A stretch of 63,908 nt of DNA, counting the filler, from Octopus bimaculoides (lineage: Eukaryota): NCBI RefSeq assembly GCF_001194135.2. It is 5 parts of 4 records of this genome, joined end to end, with 100 filler letters (N's around TTAATTAATTAA, not from the genome) between each part and the next. Parts side by side here need not be neighbours in the genome. Positions count along the whole stretch, not along the records: positions 1 to 15,457 come from NC_068984.1; 4 more parts are not named here. The stretch is one strand, 5' to 3'. This document shows positions 1 to 11,530 of this stretch, in pieces. A program made the translations under genes and the position numbers. The first letter of the stretch is position 1, and each line of letters opens with the position of its first letter. A model generated the notes under the pieces. That model searched no databases, was not told where the DNA came from, and saw only the letters and a list, made by a program, of their open reading frames with translations.

Positions 1-570
1 ACTCACTCACTCACACTCCGCCGTTTACGACGATGAGGGTTCCACTGGATCCGCCCGACGGAACAGCCTGCTCGTGAAATTATATTATACTTACCACACA
101 GCCACGACTGCGCCTACGAGTAGTTAATTAATTTTTGGAAAGCGTTCCAGTAACAGTGAAGGCGCGTGGCCAAATGTTTAAGGTGTTTGTTCCAGTCACT
201 CAAGATCGTAGTTTCGTTTCCTGGACAGGACGGTGCGTCGCGTTTTTGAGTCAAACATTTCATTCCACTTTAATCCAGTCCACTCAGCTGAAAATGGTCT
301 GGCGTCCCGTTCAGGGGTGGATAGAGTAATCTCGGTCATTTACGCGCCTTGCAAACGGAGTAGCTTATCCTATGAGTCATAGGACTCGACAGAGTCGTGT
401 CCGTGGGGACTTCATTACTTAATTCCTTAATTACTGCACCAGTTACCACTTACTCTCACCTTCTTTCTTCCACCACCCCTCTCTCTCTTTCTCTCTTGCT
501 TTCTCCCTCTCTCCCTTTTAAATTTCGTGTGACGGCTTACATTTCAATTTTTATAATTGTATCTTTACAG

Positions 571-693
571 GCTTTTGGACAAACTTTCATTCAAGACGAC
601 CGGTTTCATTCTTTAGTCGGGGCATTTGCGTCCCTGTGTAATGCGGGTGGCCGTATCCTCTGGGGTGCCATAGCTGATAGAACTTCGTTCAGG
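571..693 (+). CDS. MFS transporter (oxalate:formate antiporter-like), internal coding exon
   Basis: tttacag|GCT acceptor and AGG|gtaagc donor; 123 nt, phase 0/0; peptide AFGQTFIQDDRFHSLVGAFASLCNAGGRILWGAIADRTSFR contains an MFS GRxxWGxxADR loop motif. Confidence 0.9.
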
Positions 694-810
694 GTAAGCT
701 ATCACGGGCGCGCTCGATATATATCTCTATAAATTTTTAATGTTTAAGCAAAATTGCAGGATGGTTTCATGCGAAATCAGACCTCCCCAAGCAGAAAATA
801 TGACTAAACA

Positions 811-1215
811 GGCGCAGGAGTGGCTGTGTGGTAAGTAGCTCGCTTACCAACCACATGGTTCCGGGTTCAGTCCCACTGCGTGGCACCTTGGGCAAGTGTC
901 TTCTACTATAGCCTCGGGCCGACCAAAGCCTTGTGAGTGGATTTGGTAGACGGAAACTGAAAGAAGCCCGTCGTATATATGTTTATATATATATGCGTGT
1001 GTGTGTTGGTGTGTCTGTGTTTGTTCCCCCAGCATCGCTTAACAACCGATGCTGGTGTGTTTACGTCCCCGTAACTTAGCGGTTCGGCAAAAAGAGACCG
1101 ATAGAATAAGTACTAGGCTTACAAAGAATAAGTCCTGGGGTCGATTTGCTCGACTAAAGGCGGTGCTCCAGCATGGCCTCAGTCAAATGCCTGAAACAAG
1201 TAAAAGAGTAAAAGA
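811..1215 (+). mobile_element. tRNA-derived CORE-type SINE with internal microsatellite (family A, OR1/OR2-like), near full length, in MFS intron
   Basis: A/B-box head TGGCTGTGTGGTAAG...GGTTCAGTCCC, CORE-like CACCTTGGGCAAGTGTC, (TA/TG)n middle, GTAAAAGA tail; many homologous copies in the window. Confidence 0.85.
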
Positions 1216-1562
1216 TTAAAGCAATTGAAACCATACAGTCAGAGCTGTTTTGCACAAGCGAAGCGCAGATTTACACTCAATTATACAGAAAGGTTGCCCA
1301 GTCGTGGAGAAGGACACGAATGGTCAATCCTGTTGGACAAATTTGGTTTCACTCTCTGCTTAAAGACGCCTGTCTTTACATGAAACCTCTCGTATCTATC
1401 ATTAGCCAAATCATGTTTCGAAGATTGAATAAAATATTTTGTAAACTATTTTTATCGATCAGACAAGTGCTTAAAAACCACCAGAACGCGTCGTTGTCTT
1501 TTCCAGCACTAATAACAGTAATTCGTAGACTATACAAACGTTCTTCTTCTGCTCTTTTTCAG

Positions 1563-1772
1563 ACTGCCCAGTTAGCTATCACCTCGTTACTCACTTGTCT
1601 TTATTCAACGTTCATAATCACGGAATACGGTGGGAAACCACTTTTCTTTATCTGGGTTTGTTTGATTTTCCTCACCTTCTCTGGATCTTTCTCCACATTT
1701 CCATCTTGTACGATGCGCTGTTTCGGGGAACAGTATTATTCGATAAACTACGGATTACTCTTCACGTCTCAG
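1563..1772 (+). CDS. MFS transporter (oxalate:formate antiporter-like), internal coding exon
   Basis: ctttttcag|ACT acceptor and CAG|gtaaag donor; 210 nt, phase 0/0; hydrophobic helices and FG..YYSINYGLLFTSQ motif typical of OFA-family TM10-11. Confidence 0.9.
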
Positions 1773-2119
1773 GTAAAGTTTCAATGCAATAATAATAGTA
1801 ATAATAATGATAATAATGATGATGATGATGATGATAATAATAATAAAGATGCAGTACCAGGCAGTGGCTCTCGTGGCTTCTGATCTTAATTGATTGGAAG
1901 TGTTATCATGTACATTGTTTTGTCTTGGTATAAAAGTTGGGCTACAGCAAATATTCTGCGTAATACCACAGATTTGTTTGAGTTGCTTCCCTTGAAATCA
2001 TTAAGGGAAGCAACTCTGGAAGAGTTTCTTGCCTTGTAATTATTTATTTATCTTTTAAAAAATATTTTCGGAGTCCATTCTCATTTACCGTTTTCTTTTC
2101 TCGAAAATCTATTTTCCAG

Positions 2120-2219
2120 GCCATGACAGCGATTATTGGATCGCTACTCTCAGAGAATCTCCTTCCTTTGATCGGTTGGATGGGTTTATTTTTCGTTGCA
2201 GCAGTGATATCGGCATGTG
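2120..2219 (+). CDS. MFS transporter, penultimate coding exon
   Basis: ttttccag|GCC acceptor and G|gtaggt donor; 100 nt, phase 0/1; AMTAIIGSLLSENLLPLIGWMGLFFVAAVISAC. Confidence 0.88.
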
Positions 2220-2471
2220 GTAGGTATCGAACTCTCTCTCTCTCTCGTTCTCTCTGTCACTTCTTTCTCTCTCTCTCTCGTTCTCTCCCTGCTAATATTT
2301 ATTGGCACAGCTATACGGTTTACAACAGACGTGGCGTTTGAATTTTGTCCACGGGGTTTGTCATCGATCCCAGTATTTCAGTGGTACTTATTTTATCGAC
2401 CTCCTACAGGATGAAAGGCAAAGTCGACTCAGGACGAAATACCGCGCCAACTATTCTGCTAGCTTGCCGCC

Positions 2472-2506
<35 letters not shown>

Positions 2507-3228
2507 CATTATTATTACTTTTACTCTAGGTACAAGTCCTTGAACATGTTTCGGGGAAGGGGACAAGTCGATTAAATCGACCCCAGTGCTCAACTGGTAC
2601 TTATTTTATCAACCGCCGAAAGGATATCAGCCTTGCAGCACCCTTTAGCGCAGGTTGTGATGCATTGTGCCTGGTGTACCGTTATCAGACAGGTAGTCAC
2701 GACAGGTATATTAGGCTTCGTATATTTATACCCTAGCATCACTTTCATGGCATGCTCTGTTCTGTTACTCAATAATAATAATTTGGATTAATTCTCAGGG
2801 AAAACATTTATCTTGCGACTAATTCTCCAATTCATTGTACAGTTACAATAGAATACGATGAGACAGAGAAGCGAGATGCGATCAGCGGGGTCGCAAATTA
2901 AAAGCTGAGCTGGGTTAGAGGACTCTGGCATTCAACTATCAATCATCTGTAGTTAATCTGTGGTTGTCTGTTATTATTTAGTCTTAGTCAGTCATGATCG
3001 ACCAAACCTAAGATCAACTACGTTCCAGTTATTACACTTCCTCGTCTTCTATTCTAACACTAAATTATTTCAAAGACAATAGTGTGTGGCTTGGGAGGGT
3101 GTTAGCAATTGAGCGACCATGAAGAGAGTCCATCGATGGATTGTAGCGTAAATAACCTTTTATTAAATATGGCTGCCTATTCTTACTTCATGTCACTTTT
3201 TTAATTAATATTTGCCTTGTTATTTCAG

Positions 3229-3269
3229 CGATAGTCATAGCATTTAATTTTAAAGAACCGCCTTCATAG
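3229..3269 (+). CDS. MFS transporter, terminal coding exon (absent from ORF track)
   Basis: ttgttatttcag|CG acceptor matches the phase-1 donor at 2219; gives (A)IVIAFNFKEPPS* completing the last TM helix, TAG at 3267-3269. Confidence 0.75.
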
Positions 3270-5340
3270 AGCAAGGAAAGGAAGCAACAACAACTACTAC
3301 AATAACAGCAATCACTACTACAACAAAAGTAGGGATTTTTTTCGTATTTTATATAATTTTTATACAATATTCTTTCGTATTTTTTATTAAAAAAATAAAT
3401 TACTTTTATTTATTTTATTCGTTTCCGTCTTTTCTGTAACCTTTTCAGACATCCCTTCTTAACTCAAACTCAAACATCTATTGAATTCACTCACTGGTCC
3501 TTATCTAAATCACTCACAGGGGTTACCTCATCTTAGACATACAGTTACCTCTGTTCATATCCGAAACTTATTTCTTTTAACTTGCAGTCTGCGAGGTAGT
3601 CATACATCACCACCAGATCTGGAAGCCCCATATGGTCCTTTTTGACATACAGCACGTCTTCCCTGTTCTTTTCCTATTCATGTCTTTCTTTCTTCTCTCT
3701 CTCTACATTTACCTGTCTTATATTTCGAGTGGAAATCACCCTCTTCAGTCTCACTACTTTAGATGTGACTTCCAAAGAACATGAGTATTGCTCCTAGTTA
3801 TAAAAACATGTGATGTGTATGAATGAAGACACCTGTATAAAGACATGGCGATTGTTAAATGTTGGTGGGCTTTGTGGAAAAAGAAGACATATAGACATGG
3901 ACACATACACACACATGCATGTACATATGTACACACACACACACATATACACACATACATATACATACACACAGATAATCTCAGAAGACTAGCAATATTT
4001 ATTGACTTTAGAAGTAATATATTTATTTCTTCAATGGATCTCATTTTTGATAAAATGATACAGATTAAATTTTCACTTGATATCCTTTCATGTGTTTCGC
4101 CATTCATTACCATTATTAATATTATTTTTATTATTATTTATATTTTTTTTTTTTTTAGTTTGTAACAATTGCATTTTCTCCTGTTAATATTTTACAATGC
4201 CAATAATATTGTTTCTTTATAAACTAATCTATTTTGATAACCAATAATTCACATTCTTTGTTTATTAGAAACTTAGAATAAAATAAAGCAATTCCTCTCT
4301 CAGTCTTTTGTGGGTTTTTAATCCATTAATTTGCTAAAATACAAATATATAATTATATTCAAGGAAACTTCAAAAATTAATTTCCAATCCAGTTTTATAT
4401 TGAGACAAACTTTACTACATTGTCGTTTACTTTCGGAAATAACTTCTTGGACATTTTTCTTTTAATAAATTCACTCTTTCGTTTTCTGTAATATTTCCTT
4501 AGCAACAAGAGCCATTTCTGGTTGTGCTAAGGTAAAAATTCTTGTAATTCTGGCTAAACCGGCTGCTTATATTTCTTCCATTCCAACAGCTTTGTTTCCC
4601 ATGCATGTCTCAATGAATGTCTAAATTTTCCTTACCGGAATCGAATATATTGGTTCCTGCATAAAAAGAGAAATGTACTTTATACATCCAATGCCATATA
4701 TCAAGAACAAGCAATCAATAATAATGGTAGTGATGCCAAGTATACAGAACAAATACACAATTAACACCCACTTTTTTTTTAATCATATTTTTGTTCAAAT
4801 ACACTGATTTTGTTTCAATTAATTTTTAAAATAACGAAGAGTTTAGCTAAATAGCTTTGAATAAGCTGGGGTTTGGAACGTAAATAAACATGAAATTTTG
4901 ATGGAAGTTTTTATTTTAGACGACTTTAAAATGGAAAATTTGTATCATAGAAGAAGGGGACAATCTAAGGGGTGAAAGGGTGAAAGCAGAAGACTAAACT
5001 AAGTTTTCTTTTTATTGTTCTAAGATTCAATTTCTTGAGATCCCTGGTTCTAAACCTGGGAGGCAGCCACACCTTTGTGACTCCCACAAAAAAAGTGGCA
5101 AATGCCAAGAAGGTACCAGATGTTTAGGAGTTGTTGGGTTTTCTCAGGAATAAAATATTTCAACCAAGTGCAATGCTGTATTTGTTGGCATAAAAGATTC
5201 ATGCGTATATTAGATGCACCACAATTTCAGCAACACAGATTCAAGAAAAAAAGAGGCTCAACTTCACAAGTAGGACCCTAGATGATTCTTTTGAGAGTTT
5301 AAAAAAAAAAAAATTCTTACATGTCATCAAATATGGTGCT

Positions 5341-5466
5341 TGTATTAAATCTATCTCTGTTTGTATTAAATCTATCTCTGTTTGTATTAAATCTATCTCT
5401 GTTTGTATTAAATCTATCTCTGTTTGTATTAAATCTATCTCTGTTTGTATTAAATCTATCTCTATC
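5341..5466. repeat. 21-bp minisatellite, 6 copies (TGTATTAAATCTATCTCTGTT)
   Basis: Units start at 5341, 5362, 5383, 5404, 5425 and 5446; abuts the 3' end of the RTE fragment. Confidence 0.95.
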
Positions 5467-5790
5467 TTTCTAGGTTGTCCCTCAGGACGCCCTAAGACTA
5501 TTTCCACACATTTCCCCCACTCATCTTGATCTTCTGTAATGGTCCTCAGCTCCTGTACCCTTTCCATACCAGTATCCTCCAGCAAGTTGTTGATATAGGT
5601 CGTCTTCCTTCTTCCTCTCTTGGTTCTTCCTTCCGTTGGTTACCAGAGCACCAGCTTGTTAGCAATTTCATCGGTGTGTCTGATGCAGTGTCCAGCTAGC
5701 CTCGTCCTTCTATGCTGTATCTTCAATGTTACTTTTGGTAGTCCCTGGTATCATCAGTGATCAGAAACCTTATTGATGTTGAGCCAAGGT
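5466..5790 (-). mobile_element. RTE-clade LINE, 3' fragment
   Basis: Minus-strand translation RRTRLAGHCIRHTDEIANKLVLW*PTEGRTKRGRRKTTYINNLLEDTG...DEW resembles the RTE ORF C-terminus. Confidence 0.8.
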
Positions 5791-6624
5791 CCAATATAAT
5801 TTCTTTACTTAACCCAATAATGCTGTGTTCCCAGCAGAGCAGGAATAGCCTAAATGTGATATTTAATGGAATCTCGTTAAAGCGGTAATGAACAACACAC
5901 ACAAAAGGAAGACAAAATGCTAAAAACAAACAACCAATCATGTCACAGTTTTGTAATCAATGGAGTTTATGACTCATTCTTAATGGTGTCCCCCTAACTG
6001 TTTACTTTTGTTTTTATTTAAAAGAATATGGATTTTTGCAATGAAACAAGTGTATGATGAACCCAGCAGTTTGTCTGGTAAACAAGCAAGGTCTAGACTT
6101 CTTCAGCTGAAGAGATTATCAATGGTATCCATTCTTTGGATGAAGAGTTTACCTTTACACAAATAATGAGAATGATTTGGACAATCAAACTGGTGAAAGC
6201 GTATCAGGACAATTAACCCTTGAGGACAATTACCCCACCCCTTAGTTAATTACTCCCTCTACAGTATATTAAGAAGTTTTAAATCATCAGCTGTTGTCCT
6301 CAGGAGTAACTGCCCATGGTGGTGGGGGTAGCTGTCCATAGTGGTGGTGGTGGGGTAACTCTCCTAGACTAGGTGAAAGTGATGAGGAAAGTAGTTATAC
6401 ACATGAACAAATACAGAAGCAGAGAGAAACACCTATTATTGTTATTCTCCTGAATTTGTTTTTTTGCGATTCTGTCCATTAGTTTGCCAGCAATCATTAC
6501 TCTTGAGTTGTGCATACAACTCTTTTACTCTTTTACTTGTTTCAGTCCTTTGGCTGCGGCCATGCTGGAACACTGATGCTGGTGTGTTTACATCCCCGTA
6601 ACTTAGTGGTTCAGCAAAAGAGAC

Positions 6625-6665
6625 CTGAGTTCTCATTCCTAAGGTATTTTTCTGATGCTGTTGTA

Positions 6666-6703
<38 letters not shown>

Positions 6704-6780
6704 TGTCACTGCCTGGAATCAAACTCGGAATCTTAGGGTTAGTAGCCCACGCTCTTAACCACTACACCATATGCCCGTGG
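6625..6780 (-). mobile_element. tRNA-headed SINE family D, 3'-truncated copy
   Basis: Reverse complement GGGCATATGGTGTAGTGGTTAAGAGCGTGGGCTACTAACCCTAAGATTCCGAGTTTGATTCC + (AAT)n + AAAAATACCTTAGGAATGAGAAC matches the 7338-7565 copy. Confidence 0.8.
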
Positions 6781-6794
6781 GCAATTATTGAGTG

Positions 6795-6814
6795 AATTCG
6801 GTTCTAAGCAGTAA

Positions 6815-6877
<63 letters not shown>

Positions 6878-7012
6878 CATCGAAAAATACCTTAGGAATG
6901 AGAACCCAGGTTCGAAATTTCCCCAAGACACCTGATGAAGGCTGGAGGGTATATCAGCCGAAACGTTGTTTTAACAACAAACAAGATGAGGACAAATATA
7001 AATAATGTAAAT
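6795..7012 (+). mobile_element. SINE family D, copy with degraded or absent head
   Basis: (AAT)n followed by a tail near-identical to 7420-7560. Confidence 0.8.
6927..6972 (+). ncRNA. Minimal type I hammerhead ribozyme motif (Penelope-type); intact core, damaged stem I
   Basis: GACAC-CTGATGA-A-GGCTG(loop)CAGCC-GAAA-CG-TT-GTTTT: CUGANGA and GAAA cores, 5-bp stem II, palindromic ACGT helix III. Confidence 0.65.
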
Positions 7013-7337
7013 ATGATGATGATGAATGGAAGATTTGAACAGATATGAACAGTTCGAACGATGAAGATGAACAAGATTTATTTTAATTGAACTGAAGTTA
7101 AACACAAGTCAATAAGGTTGCAATAACAACTCCTCTTTTATTGGTCCTTAAATGCACTCCCTAGTGGTTGGAACTTCCAAATAAGCAAGTCTCTATACAA
7201 ATAATAATATAAGAAATTGGAAATTAACAATGACTTATGCCAGCAAAATGGTCCAAGACTTCAATACTCAATTAACATACTGTGTTTGCTCACTTCGTGG
7301 CCTTGCTCTACCTCTATAAATTCATAACAACAACAAT

Positions 7338-7565
7338 TATGGTGTAGTGGTTAAGAGCATAGGCTACTAACCCCAAGATTCTGAGTTCAATTCCAGGCAG
7401 TGACCAGAATAATAATAATAACATTGAGAAATACCTTAGGAATGAGAACCCAGGTTCAAAATTTCCCCAAGACACCTGATAAAGGCTGGAGGGTATACCA
7501 GCCGAAACGTTGTGTTAACAACAAACAAGATGAGGACAAATATCCGTCAAATGTAAATAATGAAC
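7338..7565 (+). mobile_element. SINE family D, full copy: tRNA(Arg)-like head + (AAT)n + hammerhead-bearing tail
   Basis: A box TGGTGTAGTGG, B box GAGTTCAATTCC, short AAT run, about 140-nt tail shared with 6880-7012. Confidence 0.8.
7471..7516 (+). ncRNA. Minimal type I hammerhead ribozyme motif; core G8->A, intact stem I
   Basis: GACAC-CTGATAA-A-GGCTGG(loop)CCAGCC-GAAA-CG-TT-GTGTT; stem I GACAC/GTGTT, 6-bp stem II. Confidence 0.6.
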
Positions 7566-8067
7566 AACGATTATATTTCTACATCAGCTTAAAACTTAAA
7601 CTTATTTTTATTCAATAAACTCCAAAGTTTACAATATCCTTTTTTTTTTGTTTAAATGTTAGGATTTACTTTGAGTGGCAAGCCTAGCACACAACCATGT
7701 CTAACACCACCACCCGGACCTTCAGTGGTAGGCCTAGCACCCCCCCCTTGTTTAACAACACCACCTGCTTTTGGAGGGACAAGCCTAACATACTATCTTG
7801 TCACCACCTTGTCGTTTGGCATTTTAAGAAGCGTTCAGTCTGTTACAGATATTCAAACTAACTTTCTCTCTGGGCACATTGTTCCTGTCCAATCTCAGGA
7901 TGGCCACCAATGTTGTCATGGATGCTACCCTTCCTTTCTGACCAACTTATTAAAAAAGAAACCTACAATAATTGAGAGTTGGGCTCAAACAGATATTGGT
8001 GTATTTGTGTATATCAGTGAGGCTGGTGTCCTCGTCTTCATTGTTGCTTTCACAATGTTTTGGCTAC

Positions 8068-8570
8068 TTTTTTTTTGGTGGTATCCTCATTACAAAGTCC
8101 TTAGAACACTGAAAACATAAGAGCTACCAGTAAAAAATGGACACTAGACAGAAGTCAATAGATGAAGATGTACATTAGACTTAAAAGACTGGAGGTCATA
8201 TTGAAGAGGAAAACAAGACTGTGGAATGGAATTCCAAAGTTCAGAGATGCAAGGGAAGAAACTGGTACCATAAAGTGCTTTACGGCACTTAGGAGGTTGA
8301 AAAGTATACTGATGTGAACTGGATGCAAGTCTAGTTAATCGCTGATAAGTTCTTAAAGGAGGAACCAGGGAAGAGAGCTCAGCTGAACAATGTCTATGGA
8401 AATACTTATAGAAAAGAGACAAGGAAGCAACATAACAACGATGAGTGATCTCAAACCCAATTGAAGACTATTTCAAGAGGAATGGTCTAATCCATTTAGA
8501 GGAGAATCATCACTTCATAAATGGTGTTTTGCTTATAGACCATGCTGAATATAAAATCCTGGCTATTGCA
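8068..8570 (-). mobile_element. CR1/L2-superfamily LINE 3' end with short poly(A)
   Basis: HRCYVASLSLFYKYFH...SFFPCISELWNSIP..CFP..YDLQSFKSNV C-terminal motif; A9 tail at 8068-8076 on minus strand. Confidence 0.8.
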
Positions 8571-9416
8571 GTTGGAGAATTTGTGAAATGATTAAAATAA
8601 AGTTAACAATTCTCTACTATGACAATGCTTACTTGGGTACAGATTAAAACACTCACCGAGGCTTCTTGTTTCATATTTGATTCCATCAATAAGAGACATA
8701 CAAGAGCTCAGTTAATTACAGACTTTCTATTTTACACATTTTTACAATAACAATAATTGATTGAAAGAGACCTCTGCTTCCATTTTCTCAGCCTGGCTTT
8801 ATCAGCAGGAAAATACAATTCAATGCCTAAAACTTATCCATCAACTGTAGACTGATTGACTATTTACTTTTACAACTACAGAAACATTGAGACAGTTACC
8901 TAACAACTGTTGCTAGACTGAATTACTAAACAACTGTAGAATTTATGGAATAATTTTTTTACAATTGTAGCTAGTCTGGGACAGTTACCAAACAACTGTA
9001 GATTTACTGGAAATTAGTAACTGTAGCCGGACATCATTTTGTTTTTATAATGTAGGCAGAATAGGAAAAGACAGCAGCCATGATCATTTGTCAGGGCCAC
9101 TTTGACTGGTGGGAAGAAGTTCTTAGACCGAAAATATGGCCTGAATGCTTGCAACAGAATGAACAGAGCCAAAGGCACCAAGGGACCAGGTGGTGTTGTT
9201 AAAGGGGGACTTTCTCACAATTTTCTGTTTACCAAATTTCATTCATAAGGCATTGGTAACTTTGAGGTTATTGTTGAAGGTACATTGGATATAAAAGTGC
9301 TGCACAGTGAGATGAAACTCAAAACCACAGAGTTGCAAAGCCAACTTCTTAACCACACAGCCATTCCTGCACTTGAGACAGACACCTAACAAGTGTAGCT
9401 TGACTTGAAGACCTAC

Positions 9417-9501
9417 CTGGCAACTAGCAGTCTGAACTTGCTCCCCCTGCGTGGGGATTGAGGCTGAGCACAGCCGGTTGGATGAAAGATCTACCATCTA
9501 C
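9417..9501 (-). other. Candidate downstream exon of the DPF-rich gene (3' UTR or alternative C-terminus)
   Basis: ctctctctttcaatgctttacaacag| acceptor at 9502 and CAG|gtaggt donor at 9416; phase-0 reading VDGRSFIQPAVLSLNPHAGGASSDC*. Confidence 0.5.
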
Positions 9502-9793
9502 CTGTTGTAAAGCATTGAAAGAGAGAGCAGTCAGTCATTGGAAGTTAATTAAATTCAAAGACCAAATTATAAGTGAAATGCTATTTTCTTTAGAAGAAAC
9601 ATGGAAATGAAAAAGACGAGAAAAAATTTTGAAAAATAGTTGGCTAAAATTTTAAAACAGGGAGTTTGAGGTTCAAGCACAACAAAAGAAATAAAATAAA
9701 ATATTTTCTTTTTTCTTTTTTTTTTTTTTTTTTTTCTTTTTTCTACTTACCATTAATAATAAATGCATCTGAAGAATGTCTGGATCTTCTTGG

Positions 9794-11499
9794 TCAATGA
9801 CCATTGCTTTTATCAATGTCCACACTGAATTTTGTATTAACTGGCCATTGATTAAATGCGTCAAAAGGGTCAGTTTGGGTCTGAGAGTATTCAGCGGGAT
9901 TGAGGCTGGGAAAGGAAAATAAATCTGATGGTACGTTGCCAGAGTGTCCACTGTTTCGACTAAGGTTTGTAAAAGGGTCATTTTCAATGTCAGTTGTTTG
10001 ACTGTTGTATATGGAAAGGTCAGTCTCTGGAACTGACCTTTCGGTATTTTTTGTCGAAGGAAAAAACTGAGTCACTTGAGTATTGTTTTGTGTTAGATTA
10101 ACATTAGTTTGTATCACAAAAGGGTCAACTGGGGACTTCTCAGTTTGTAGTTTGAGGTGGAGGGGAACAACAAAGGGATCAGATAAGTCATTGTTAAGTT
10201 CGCTACAGAACGATCCAGAAATGTTTGTGTTTGTCTGGTTATGGTTTGATTGTGGCTTTGTGCAATGAAGGACACGAAATGGATCCACACTGTTGAACAC
10301 TGGCTGGCTGGATTTATTATGGATTTGAGCTGATGTTGAACTACAAACAGATTCTACAGACTGGGAGGTTGTCTGAGGAGTCTGTTTTGAACGTTTGTTA
10401 ACTATTTTGGTGTAGGGGCCACTGAAAGGATCTGGTGATGAAGAGTTCCTCACTGAAGGACTGGTATTAACTTTAGACATGAAAGGGTTATTGTTGGGCC
10501 AACCACTGTCATGGGAACTAGCAGTACCAATGGCAGTCTGTGACGAATTTGAAGCAAATACATCACGGCCGCCACTTGAAAAACTTTGGTTACTAAAAGG
10601 TGAGCTTGAATTGTCATTTTCAGTAAATGCAGACCAAGGAGGGGGTGAAGAGTTGCTGTTGCCAGTGGCAACACTAAGAGGAGATGAGACAGATGACCCT
10701 CGGTCAGTAAACTTTGTTGTATTAACTTTGGTGTCAGCAAGTTTTGTCGTTGGAAGACTATTGGTAGACACGTCTGAGTCTTGTAGTGATGTAAAAGAAC
10801 AATCTGAAATGGCCCCATGGGCCAAAACTGTCCCTTCCAGGGAAACAACAGATGACACTGGGGAGTTGGATTTTCCCATACTTTGTAAGCTTGAACTGGA
10901 AGAAAGGGTACGTTTTGGACGAACAGGAAGTGGAGGAGGTTTGGCAGTTCTTGTAATATCTGATGTCCTTGGGCGGGGTGGGGGAGCTGGTGCTTGGTCA
11001 GGTTCGAAATTAAGGGAAGCACCTGTTGGTAGTGGAGGGGGTGGCACAGTTGGGGAAGGGAGGTTAAATTCGTCATCAGATATGGCCCAGTGGTCATCTG
11101 GAAAGGGCGAAATGCTACACACAGACTCTGACCCCGAGTTGTGACCAGAAACAGCAGCAAGAAGATGGGAAGGGAGTTGCGGAGGTGGGTGAGAGGGGGG
11201 ATTATTAAAGTCAACATCTGAAAGTTTGAGTTTCGTCATTGCATAGGTAACCTCTGTGGGGTTGTTGCCACTGAAGCTGAAAATACTGGGAGAATCAGAA
11301 TGGGGCTGGTCGTTAGAGACATTAGAAGACTGGGAATCGGAACCGGAAAAAGAAGCAGCAGAAACTGAGGGTTGATCAAATTTGGTGGGTTCAGGAAAGC
11401 ACACGGGATCAGGTAACAAGTTTTCAGCTGGAAGAGCTGAGGTTATTGAATATTCACTTGCCTGGTCATTATTTGATGGGGTAGCATCTTGCTCTGATG

Positions 11500-11530
<31 letters not shown>

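Noticed and set aside
5341-5466. 21-bp repeats as CRISPR or as the QTEIDLI protein repeat ORF
   Set aside because: Contiguous units without spacers, eukaryotic context; the ORF is a LINE tail running into a minisatellite.
7656-8120. 154-aa plus-strand ORF
   Set aside because: No recognisable domain or splice support; its 3' end overlaps the antisense tail of a CR1-like element.
9794-9796. TGA as selenocysteine
   Set aside because: Disordered region with no redox motif and no SECIS recognisable by eye.
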